Of a stretch of DNA of 64,000 bases, positions 35,892 through 44,122 are shown piece after piece. Below the pieces are notes generated by a model. It searched no databases. It had not been told where the DNA came from and saw nothing but the letters and a program-made list of their open reading frames with translations. Position 1 is the stretch's first letter. Every line of letters starts with the position of its first letter. The translations under genes were made by a program, and so were the position numbers. Origin of the DNA: Xanthobacteraceae bacterium (lineage in GTDB: Bacteria > Pseudomonadota > Alphaproteobacteria > Rhizobiales > Xanthobacteraceae); NCBI GenBank assembly GCA_040510815.1, contig JBEVIH010000031.1, positions 38,033 through 102,032 of the forward strand. Direction: 5' to 3'.

Positions 35892-36767
35892 TCACCCCAG
35901 GCCCTGCACCAGCGCGTGGGCGGCGGTCCGCCGTGGAATGGCAAGGCGCTCGGCCCATTCCACCAGAAAATACAGGACGACACCTTGCACCGTGAGCGCG
36001 ATGAGTCCCGCAAACAGCAGCGCCGTGTCCATGCTGCCGTTCGCCACCATGAGCAGATAGCCCAGCCCCGCATCCCCGCCGACGAATTCGCCTACAACCG
36101 CACCAACGACGGCCAGCGTGATTGAAATCTTCAATCCGCCGAAGATCGACGGCAAGGCGCTCGGCAGCCGGATCTTGAAAAAGGTCGCGAGCGCGCTCAG
36201 TCCCATCGAGCGCGCGAGGTGGATCTTTTCCTGCTCGATCGATGCGAGGCCCACCGCCGTGCTGATGACGATGGGAAAGAACGCGATCAGGAACGCGATC
36301 AACACCTTCGGGACCAGGCCGAACCCGAACCAGACCAGCAGCAGCGGGGCGACCGCCACCTTCGGCATGGCTTGCGACGAGATGAGAAGCGGCAGCACCG
36401 AGCGGGAAAAGGCCGGCCACAGGAAAATGGCGAGCGCCAGCGGGACGCCGACCACGATGCTGAGCAGAAATCCCAACACGATCTCGACCGTCGTCACCCA
36501 GGCATGTTTGAGGAGAAGACCGGCATGCTCGGTAAAGGAGTATGCGATCTGGCTGGGCGCCGGCAGAAGGTAGGCGGGAATCCCGAACAGCCGGGTTGCG
36601 GCCTCCCAGATCGCGAGCGTGCCGACCACGGTCAATGTCGGATAAACGATCGCCGAGATGCGCGCGCGGAATCGACGCTGAGCCCTGCGATTCTCCACCA
36701 GCGCTTCCACCTCGTCGATGGTGCGCGGCGCGCTGGTCTTGACGTTGGGATCGGTCGCCTCGGTCAT
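35892..36767 (-). CDS. ABC transporter permease (NitT/TauT/SsuC family)
   Basis: 6-TM binding-protein-dependent permease with an EAA-like loop (IEQEKIHLARSMGLSALATFFKIRLPSALP). Confidence 0.85.
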   Translation of the reverse strand: MTEATDPNVKTSAPRTIDEVEALVENRRAQRRFRARISAIVYPTLTVVGTLAIWEAATRLFGIPAYLLPAPSQIAYSFTEHAGLLLKHAWVTTVEIVLGFLLSIVVGVPLALAIFLWPAFSRSVLPLLISSQAMPKVAVAPLLLVWFGFGLVPKVLIAFLIAFFPIVISTAVGLASIEQEKIHLARSMGLSALATFFKIRLPSALPSIFGGLKISITLAVVGAVVGEFVGGDAGLGYLLMVANGSMDTALLFAGLIALTVQGVVLYFLVEWAERLAIPRRTAAHALVQGLG

Positions 36768-36778
36768 GTCGTTCGGCT

Positions 36779-37636
36779 CTAGTGCTCGCGCAGGACGCCG
36801 CGCGCGAGGAGCAGATCGAGAATCTGCCTGATGTAGGCGTTGAATTCGGGGGTCTCGCGGATGGCCAGGGTGCGCGGCCGCGGCAGATCGATGTCGATGA
36901 TCCGGTCGATCCGCCCCGGGCGCGGCGTCATGACGATGACGCGATCGGACAGAAACACTGCCTCGGCGACGCTGTGGGTGACGAACAACACCGTCATTCG
37001 CGTCTCGTCCCAGAGCCGCTGCACATCGAGTCCCAATTGATCCCGCGTCAGCGCATCAAGCGCGCCGAATGGCTCGTCCATCAGCAACTGCGGCGGATTG
37101 TGGATGAGCGCGCGGCAAATCGAGACCCGCTGTCGCATGCCGCCGGAAAGCTCGTCCGGATATTTGTTCTCGAAGCCGCCCAATCCAACGGCGGCCAGCA
37201 GCTCGCGGGCGCGCCGTTCGGCGGACTTGAGATCGAAATTGCGCGCCTCAGCCTGCAGCATGATGTTGCCGAGTGCGGTGCGCCATTCCAGCAGCACCGG
37301 ACTTTGAAACACGATGCCGATATCCGTGCGCGGCGCATCCACACGTTGGCCGCGCACCGCAACAAGGCCATCCGAGCCGGCAAGCAGACCAGCGGCGATC
37401 ATCAAGAGCGTGCTCTTGCCGCAGCCGCTTGGCCCGAGTATCGAAAGAAATTCGCCTTGCCGCTGAGCCACGGAAATCTGGTCGAGCGCCCTCACCGGAC
37501 CATCGTCGGTGGCGTAGACTTTGGTCAGGTTGCGAAATTCGAGGTAGGGTGGCTCTGACGACGCGGCTGCTGAAGCCGCAAGCGCAGCGACCCCGCTGTT
37601 GGCCGCGGGATCAGCCGTGCGTAGCGGCGACATCAC
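36779..37636 (-). CDS. ABC transporter ATP-binding protein (NitT/TauT/SsuB family)
   Basis: GPSGCGKSTLL, LSGGMRQRVSICRAL and LLMDEPFGALD motifs. The start overlaps the isochorismatase stop by about 26 nt. Confidence 0.85.
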   Translation of the reverse strand: MMSPLRTADPAANSGVAALAASAAASSEPPYLEFRNLTKVYATDDGPVRALDQISVAQRQGEFLSILGPSGCGKSTLLMIAAGLLAGSDGLVAVRGQRVDAPRTDIGIVFQSPVLLEWRTALGNIMLQAEARNFDLKSAERRARELLAAVGLGGFENKYPDELSGGMRQRVSICRALIHNPPQLLMDEPFGALDALTRDQLGLDVQRLWDETRMTVLFVTHSVAEAVFLSDRVIVMTPRPGRIDRIIDIDLPRPRTLAIRETPEFNAYIRQILDLLLARGVLREH

Positions 37637-38288
37637 GCTTCACAGATTGTGCTCTGCGCTCCCATGTGTCGATCAGATCGTCCGAGGTGACGACGGCGCC
37701 ATAGTCGCGATCGAACCGCTTGATCGCTCCGAGGTGATCGCTTTCGTCGAACGCGCCGCAACAATCCGCAACCAGTGTGACGTAATAGTCCATGAAATAG
37801 GCATCGCGACCGGTGGACTCGACGCATGTATCGGTCGCAATGCCGCTCAGCAGCAGGCTGCAAATGCCATGACGCTTGAGGATGGCGTCGAGCTCGGTCT
37901 TGTGCATCGCGCTGTAGCGATGCTTGATCACGACGGGCTCGCCAAGGGCGGGCCGGACCCCGTGAAAATCCGCGCCCCATGAGCCCGTCAGGCAGCGCGG
38001 CATTTCCACTTGCCGGCGCCGGTTCCGTTCCCGCATGGGCGCCGAGAGGTCTTTCGGGTCGTAGATTGCCTGTACGAAGACAACCAGTGTTCCGGCTGCA
38101 CGGGCACAATCGACGAGCCGGATCAGCGCTGGGATCACCGTCGCCTGGATACTGCGGACGTCCGCGCCGATCCGATCGAAGAATCCGCCGTCAGCCGCGA
38201 AGTCGTTCTGCACGTCGATGACCAGGAGCGCGGCGCAGCCAGGGTCGGCTTTTTGCGCCAGCGTCGTCAGCAGTCCATCGGAAGACAT
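37611..38288 (-). CDS. isochorismatase-family cysteine hydrolase
   Basis: ALLVIDVQNDF, a conserved Lys region, and GIATDTCVEST (catalytic Cys context). Confidence 0.85.
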   Translation of the reverse strand: MSSDGLLTTLAQKADPGCAALLVIDVQNDFAADGGFFDRIGADVRSIQATVIPALIRLVDCARAAGTLVVFVQAIYDPKDLSAPMRERNRRRQVEMPRCLTGSWGADFHGVRPALGEPVVIKHRYSAMHKTELDAILKRHGICSLLLSGIATDTCVESTGRDAYFMDYYVTLVADCCGAFDESDHLGAIKRFDRDYGAVVTSDDLIDTWERRAQSVKRDVAATHG

Positions 38289-38350
38289 GAGCCACGAGCT
38301 CCTCGTTCCGTCCGTTCCATCTCCTGCGGCCCGCTGTTTCGCAGCGACCC

Positions 38351-39397
38351 CTATTTGGGCTGTGGAGGCACGAATTCAGCCCCCGACGGAACGAGGTCGT
38401 TCGTGTACAGAACCGAGGCCTGCAACGGCGTCGTGACGCCGCCATACTCCTTGAGCACCTGCACCGTCGATTCCCAGTCCTTGTCCGACATCCACCCGAG
38501 CGCCTTGCCGGCCGTATTGGGCGTCACCCAGGTGTCCCACGACATTTCCAGCTCGCGACGGGCAATCTCCGGAACAACAGCCTCGGAGAATTTCTTGGTG
38601 ATCGCCACCGCCTCATCGGGATGCTGGCGCGCATGCAGAAAGCCTCTGATGCTCGCGGTGACGAAGCGCCGGATCAATTCCGGGTCTTCCTTCAACAGAT
38701 CCCGATGCACGATGATGCCATTGCTTATGGCGTTGACGCCGCAGTCGGCGTACCAGAAAATTCGCGCTTCCTTTTTCGCGCGGATTTCCACACCAGGCAC
38801 ATAGCCTTGTCCATAGCCGGCGATCGCCTGCACTTTGCCGGTGACCAGGGCCGGAACGCTCCCCGCCGGATCGATGTTGATCACGTTGATCTTGCTGCCG
38901 TCCAGCTTGCACCCTTTGACCACAGCCGGCCATTGCTGGAATTGCGTTGCACCGGTTGGGATCGCGATCGACCTGCCCTCGAGGTCCTTCAACGCCTTGA
39001 TGTCGGACTCCTTGAGGACCACGACCGCGGTTGGATTGCGGCGGTAGATCGCGGCAACCATGACGATGTTCATGTCCTTGGCGACGCTGTTTCCGAGCAC
39101 GTATCCGTCCGAAAATCCGAACATGGCGGCCTTGCTCGCCACAAGCTGCGCCGTGCTTCCCGATCCTCGCCCAGGCCCAATGTCGACATTGAGACCGGCC
39201 GAATCGTAATAGCCCTTGTCTTTCGCGACCATGAAGCCGGAGTTGGGCCCCTGGAACAGCCAGTCGAGCCGCAGCGACACGTCCCGCTTTGGCGACTGCG
39301 CATGTCCGGTTTGCGCACACGCGATGGCCAGGAGGCCGGCAGCGAGAGCAATGATCGGGAGATTGGATCGATTGTTGGTGGCGCCGGAATTGGACAC
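38351..39397 (-). CDS. ABC transporter substrate-binding protein (NMT1/THI5-like, NitT/TauT family)
   Basis: GTG start with AAGGAGG RBS, a signal peptide, and LRLDWLFQGPNSGFMVAKDKGYY typical of NMT1/SsuA-like SBPs. Confidence 0.85.
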   Translation of the reverse strand: MSNSGATNNRSNLPIIALAAGLLAIACAQTGHAQSPKRDVSLRLDWLFQGPNSGFMVAKDKGYYDSAGLNVDIGPGRGSGSTAQLVASKAAMFGFSDGYVLGNSVAKDMNIVMVAAIYRRNPTAVVVLKESDIKALKDLEGRSIAIPTGATQFQQWPAVVKGCKLDGSKINVINIDPAGSVPALVTGKVQAIAGYGQGYVPGVEIRAKKEARIFWYADCGVNAISNGIIVHRDLLKEDPELIRRFVTASIRGFLHARQHPDEAVAITKKFSEAVVPEIARRELEMSWDTWVTPNTAGKALGWMSDKDWESTVQVLKEYGGVTTPLQASVLYTNDLVPSGAEFVPPQPK

Positions 39398-39529
39398 GCT
39401 CGACCTCCTTGAATCTATCAGGCGTTGTAGTGCAACCGAACACGCTCATTCAATCTACGTGCCAAGTCTACTCCAGAAGACGAGCAATAACGAGCGTGTG
39501 TTATCGTCGCGCGCAATTGGTGAGCGTGT
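39394..39529. promoter_or_regulatory. four copies of the 8-mer ACACGCTC/GAGCGTGT in a divergent promoter region (candidate operator set)
   Basis: ACACGCTC at 39394 and 39440; the reverse complement GAGCGTGT at 39492 and 39522. The region between the divergent genes (39398-39714) is visibly AT-richer. Confidence 0.35.
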
Positions 39530-39714
39530 CCCGCAGCCATATCCGGCGACACTAGATTGCCAATAAATGGACTACCGTCGTCCGTTCTATTAGTTTTGGT
39601 ATGACAATGCGGCGCGAACCCAGCGTGTCAGATACGACGCCCCTTAATGACTCTCCTGCCAACGCTCGAAAGGCATTACCCTTGGGGCGGGAGAGGACCG
39701 GTGGAGAAATCGCA

Positions 39715-40686
39715 ATGAGACGGTGGAACCTGATCTTCCTTCTCATAATCGGCATTGTTGGATCCGATGCGGGTCCAGCCCTGGCGCAGCGCTATCCGAA
39801 CAAGCCCATCCGGATCATCGTGCCGTTCGCCGCTGGTGGCTCGGTAGATGCTTTGGCACGTGTCATCGGACAACAGCTGTCCGAGACGTTCAGTCAGCCC
39901 ATCGTGGTGGAGAACAGGCCAGGCGCTGGCGGCAATATCGGTTCGGATGTGGTGGCGAAGGCTGCCCCGGACGGCTACACCATCCTCCAGAATACGGTCG
40001 GTCTGGCGATCGCACCTGCCATCTTCCGCACGCTGCCCTTCGATACCCTCAGCGACTTCACCCCGGTCACCCAGCTCGTCGCCACGACGCTGATCCTGGT
40101 GGCAAGCCCCCAGCTTACCGCCAAGTCGCTGCCGGAGTTGATTGCACTCGCCAAAGCCAAGTCTCGCGATCTCAACTATGGCATGAGCGGCGTCGGCAAC
40201 CCGCTCCATCTCACGATGGAGATGCTCAAGGTGGCGACCGGGATCGATATCCAGGCGGTGCCATACCGGGGCGACGCGCCGATCATGACCGCTCTGGTTG
40301 CCGGCGAGGTGCAAGTTGCCATCGTACCGCTGGCGATTGCGAGGCCGCTCATCGAGAGCGGCCAGATCCGCGCCCTCGCCGTGACGAGAGCCCAGCGTTC
40401 GCCGGTATTGCCCGACGTGCCCACGATCGGGGAAACCGTCCCCGGCTTCGAGTCCACAAGCTGGCAGGGTTGGTTCGCGCCGGCCAAGACACCGCGCGAG
40501 ATCGTCGAGCTCGTTCAGGGGGGCGTCGCGAAGGCGCTTCAGGTGTCCGATGTGCTTGAACGACTACGCACATGGACCAACGAACCGGTCGGCAGCCGCC
40601 CGCAGGAGTTCGACGCTTATTTCAAGGCTGAAGTGGCAAAATTCAAGAAAGTCGTGAAGGAGGCGAATATTCCGCTGCAGGAGTGA
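39715..40686 (+). CDS. Bug/TctC-family substrate-binding protein
   Basis: Start at the internal ATG (MRRWNLIFLLIIGIVGSDAGPALAQRYPNKPIRIIVPFAAGGSVDALAR). VPYRGDAP motif. Confidence 0.9.
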   Translation: MRRWNLIFLLIIGIVGSDAGPALAQRYPNKPIRIIVPFAAGGSVDALARVIGQQLSETFSQPIVVENRPGAGGNIGSDVVAKAAPDGYTILQNTVGLAIAPAIFRTLPFDTLSDFTPVTQLVATTLILVASPQLTAKSLPELIALAKAKSRDLNYGMSGVGNPLHLTMEMLKVATGIDIQAVPYRGDAPIMTALVAGEVQVAIVPLAIARPLIESGQIRALAVTRAQRSPVLPDVPTIGETVPGFESTSWQGWFAPAKTPREIVELVQGGVAKALQVSDVLERLRTWTNEPVGSRPQEFDAYFKAEVAKFKKVVKEANIPLQE

Positions 40687-40746
40687 GCCGTCGGGACCTG
40701 TCCTTGACTCTCCGGTTGAGCGGGTGATGAATTGTGAAACGTCCGG

Positions 40747-40950
40747 ATGGGAGAAGGCAATATGGGTCTCGCTCCAACGCGAAGTTACGAGGACCTGCTT
40801 GGCGACGGGCTTGAAGCCCTTCTGCAAAGGGGTGTCAACACTCCGGAGGGGTTCGCCGCAGGTCTGAACGATGCGAACGTTCATGGCCCGAAAGGCGAGA
40901 AATGGACGCCCGCTCTGGTCTTGGCCGAGTTGGAGCGGCTCGGTGCATAG
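40747..40950 (+). CDS. small conserved-looking protein, recombinase-like helix-turn-helix C-terminus (tentative)
   Basis: 67 aa. The tail ..NVHGPKGEKWTPALVLAELERLGA resembles the short G..WT....V...L.R motif of serine-recombinase accessory domains. It sits immediately upstream of the Rieske oxygenase. Confidence 0.4.
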   Translation: MGEGNMGLAPTRSYEDLLGDGLEALLQRGVNTPEGFAAGLNDANVHGPKGEKWTPALVLAELERLGA

Positions 40951-40991
40951 GAGTGCGCAGCAAGACGCCGAGATTTGCCGCGGGGCCGGAG

Positions 40992-42053
40992 ATGAGCATG
41001 CAAAGCGCGAAAACCCAACCCTTCGCTCCTGAGCCTTCGTCGCCCGATGATCTGTTGGAGACCGGGCTGCCGAATCTCTGGTATTTGATCGCGCGCTCGG
41101 AGGATGTCGATGTTCGGCCCGTAGCGCTCAAGCGTCTCGACCGCAACATTGTGCTCTGGCGCGGCGAAAAAGGCGAAATCAACGTCGTTGAGGACTATTG
41201 CCCGCATCGCGGCGCGCCGCTGTCAATGGGCGAAGTGATCAACGGCAACTTGGCGTGCGCCTATCATGGCGTGCAGGTCACTGGACAGGGCATCGTGGCG
41301 GACGTGCCGCCCACTCCGAATTGTCCATTGGTCGGACAGAAGGCGATCAGGTCCTATCCGTGTCGCGAGCTCGCCGGTGCGATCTGGGCGTATTTCGGCG
41401 ATGAAGCGCATGCGCAAGCGCCGGAGCCGATTTTCCCGGAAGAGATCACGTCGAACGAGTGGACGGGCTTTCTCATCACCAAGACCTGGCAGTGCAACTG
41501 GCAGGTCGCGCTCGACAACCGCGCCGACCCCGTGCACGGGAGTTTTTTGCATGCAGGCACGTTCACGCTGGGGCGAGGACGCAAAGACACCGAATTGAAG
41601 ATCGTGCCGACGCCGAACGGCTTCGAGACGTCACGCGACAATCAGCGCGGCGTCAACATCGATTGGCACGAGGTGTTTTTCCGGCCGGAGAACATTTTTT
41701 GGGTTCGCACGGAGATCCCCTATCCCGAGTCGATCGGCGGCGGGTCGTTCCGCATCGTCGGCCTTCCGACGCCGATCGATCGAGACTCGACCTATTTCTG
41801 GGTCTACCGCTCTCGCAAATTGTCCGGATGGCAACGCAACCTCTGGCGCTTCCTCTACAAGAACCGGCTCGGACAGCGGTCCGACTCCGTGCTCGAGCAG
41901 GATCGCGTCATGCTCGAGGCCATCCCGTTGGAGGCGCGGCAGCGGGAAAAGCTCCTGCAGGTCGACATCGCCATCGCGCGCCTTCGTCGGATGGTAAAGG
42001 CGGAAGCCACCCGGCAGTTCGAAACCCGAAAGCAACCCGCTGCGGCCGAATAA
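40992..42053 (+). CDS. Rieske [2Fe-2S] non-heme-iron oxygenase, alpha-subunit type
   Basis: CPHRGAPL..CAYHG (Rieske CxH/CxxH) and DNRADPVHGSFLH (mononuclear Fe His-x4-His). Start chosen at MSMQSAKTQ (40992). Confidence 0.85.
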   Translation: MSMQSAKTQPFAPEPSSPDDLLETGLPNLWYLIARSEDVDVRPVALKRLDRNIVLWRGEKGEINVVEDYCPHRGAPLSMGEVINGNLACAYHGVQVTGQGIVADVPPTPNCPLVGQKAIRSYPCRELAGAIWAYFGDEAHAQAPEPIFPEEITSNEWTGFLITKTWQCNWQVALDNRADPVHGSFLHAGTFTLGRGRKDTELKIVPTPNGFETSRDNQRGVNIDWHEVFFRPENIFWVRTEIPYPESIGGGSFRIVGLPTPIDRDSTYFWVYRSRKLSGWQRNLWRFLYKNRLGQRSDSVLEQDRVMLEAIPLEARQREKLLQVDIAIARLRRMVKAEATRQFETRKQPAAAE

Positions 42054-42103
42054 GAATGCCACGCGCTGGAGCAGATGGGCGTCCAGATGAATTGGGGCGC
42101 TGA

Positions 42104-42964
42104 ATGGACATCGGGTTCATTGGCGTCGGCAAGATGGGCGGTCCAATGGGGCGGCGCCTGCTCGACGCCGGCCATCGCTTGGCCGTTTGCGATGTGAACC
42201 CGAATGCCTGCGCAGAGCTCGCCCGGCGTGGCGCGCAAATTCGTTCGACGCCGTCGCAAGTCGCCGCCGATTGCCCGAACATCATCACCAGTCTCCCAAG
42301 TCCGACGGAAGTCGAAATCGTCATGAGGGGAGCGGATGGACTCTTGTCATCTGTCCGGCCCGGGACCTTGGTGCTCGAGACGAGCACCATTGGACCCGCG
42401 TTGAGCCGCGCGCTGGCGCGGGAATTCGCTGAGCGGGGTGCCACGTATCTCGACGCGCCGGTGAGCAACGGCGTGCAGGCGGCGCACGATGGCACATTGA
42501 CATTCATGATCGGTGGGGACGAGGTCGATTTCGAACGCGCCGTGCCGATCCTGACCCCGCTGGCAAGCGATATTTTTCATGTGGGCCCTACCGGCTCCGG
42601 CAACATCGCAAAGCTCCTCAATCAGAATATCTATCTCGCCTATGTGGCGGCGTTTTGCGAAAGCATGCGACTTGGACGATGCGCCGGCCTGGATATTCAG
42701 ACCCTCCTTGATGTGCTGCGCAAGTCGGTCGCTGGAGACCCGCTCATGACGGGATGGGAGAAGCGAATCGAGACCGGCGACCTCAAGCCCGGCTGGACGA
42801 TTCGACGCGTGCTCAAGGACATGACGCTCGGCGCGGATGTTTGCTCGGAGCAGTCATTTGAGGCTCCAATATTCGCGACAGCGCTTCAGGCCTACCGGGA
42901 GGTTGGCGCGGCCGGCAACATGGAGAATGATCTGACGGCCCTCTACACGGCGTTCAAAAAATGA
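42104..42964 (+). CDS. NAD(P)-dependent oxidoreductase, 3-hydroxyisobutyrate dehydrogenase family
   Basis: IGFIGVGKMGGPMGRRLL Rossmann motif, DAPVSNG and GSGNIAKLLNQ. Confidence 0.85.
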   Translation: MDIGFIGVGKMGGPMGRRLLDAGHRLAVCDVNPNACAELARRGAQIRSTPSQVAADCPNIITSLPSPTEVEIVMRGADGLLSSVRPGTLVLETSTIGPALSRALAREFAERGATYLDAPVSNGVQAAHDGTLTFMIGGDEVDFERAVPILTPLASDIFHVGPTGSGNIAKLLNQNIYLAYVAAFCESMRLGRCAGLDIQTLLDVLRKSVAGDPLMTGWEKRIETGDLKPGWTIRRVLKDMTLGADVCSEQSFEAPIFATALQAYREVGAAGNMENDLTALYTAFKK

Positions 42965-43171
42965 AGGTCGGGAACGAGCATTCAGAATGAGCCGCGGAAC
43001 GACATTCAGAGCACCGAGACTGAAAAAATAACATTCTGATCGGGCAGCAGAACGATGTCGTGATTGACCGGAACGGTCACCGCAACTCACGCCGTTGCAT
43101 TGACCGAAGGCGGACTTCCGGGATTAAAGTTTGCTCCTTGGGCTACTGGCCTGCACGCAAGAGGAAACGCA

Positions 43172-44122
43172 ATGCCGGCAAAGCTTGCTCTCGTCGCGCT
43201 CATTGCCTTCGCCGGCTCCGCCCTGGCGGCCGAGCCATATCCCGATCGTCCCATCAGCCTCATCGTTCCATACGCGGCTGGCGGCAGCTCGGATGTGCTC
43301 GGCCGCCTTCTCGGCGAGCGATTGTCGAAATCGCTCGGCCAGCCAATCGTTGCCGACAACCGTGCCGGCGCCGGTAGCCGACTCGGCATCGAGGTCGCTG
43401 CCAAATCTGCGCCGGACGGCTACACCCTGCTGCTCGCCGACATGCCGCATACCATCATTCCGGCAATCCAGAAGGGCGTGCAATACGATCCCGTCCGCGA
43501 TTTCACACCGATCGGCCTGATCGGCACCGCCTCAATGTTCTTTTTCGTCAATCCGGCGGTGAAGGCGGAGACCGCCCGGGACTTCGTCGGGCTCGCGAAA
43601 GCCGATCCGGAAAAAATCACCATCGCCTCGGGCGGAATCGGCAGCGCGACTCACCTCACCGCGGAACTCTTTCAAGCCAAAGCCGGCATCAAGCTCGTGC
43701 ATGTGCCGTTTCGCGGCGCCGGGCCAGCCATGAACGATCTGGTCGCCGGTCACGTGCGCTCGGGCTTCACCACGCTCGCGACGGCGGCTTCGGTTTTCGA
43801 CCGCGTTCGCGCGCTCGCGATCGCAAGCGAGACGCGGTTGGCGACGCACGCGAATATCCCGACCTTCAAGGAAGGCGGCATCGATCTGGTCGTCGAGCAT
43901 TGGTGGGGCGTGCTCGCGCCGGCCGGCCTGCCGCCGGAAATCGCCGCACGTCTGACCAAGGACCTTAAAGCCATTCTCGACTCGCCCGAGTTCGCAACGC
44001 GCCTCGTGCCGCTGGGCGTCGCGAGGTCCGGTGCGTCACCCGCGCAGTTCCGCGCCCTGATCGAGAGCGACACGGCGCGCTGGGCCGACATCGTCAAGTC
44101 GGTCGGGATCAGCGCCCCGTGA
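43172..44122 (+). CDS. Bug/TctC-family substrate-binding protein
   Basis: MPAKLALVALIAFAGSALAAEPYPDRPISLIVPYAAGGSSDVLGR; VPFRGAGP. Confidence 0.9.
   Translation: MPAKLALVALIAFAGSALAAEPYPDRPISLIVPYAAGGSSDVLGRLLGERLSKSLGQPIVADNRAGAGSRLGIEVAAKSAPDGYTLLLADMPHTIIPAIQKGVQYDPVRDFTPIGLIGTASMFFFVNPAVKAETARDFVGLAKADPEKITIASGGIGSATHLTAELFQAKAGIKLVHVPFRGAGPAMNDLVAGHVRSGFTTLATAASVFDRVRALAIASETRLATHANIPTFKEGGIDLVVEHWWGVLAPAGLPPEIAARLTKDLKAILDSPEFATRLVPLGVARSGASPAQFRALIESDTARWADIVKSVGISAP

Noticed and set aside
42965-43171. Repeated cattcaga/cattctga motifs after the HIBADH-family gene, considered as a terminator or small repeat element
   Set aside because: These are only short imperfect palindromes with a 1-nt centre, with no stable stem or T tract. 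That is insufficient to call a feature.
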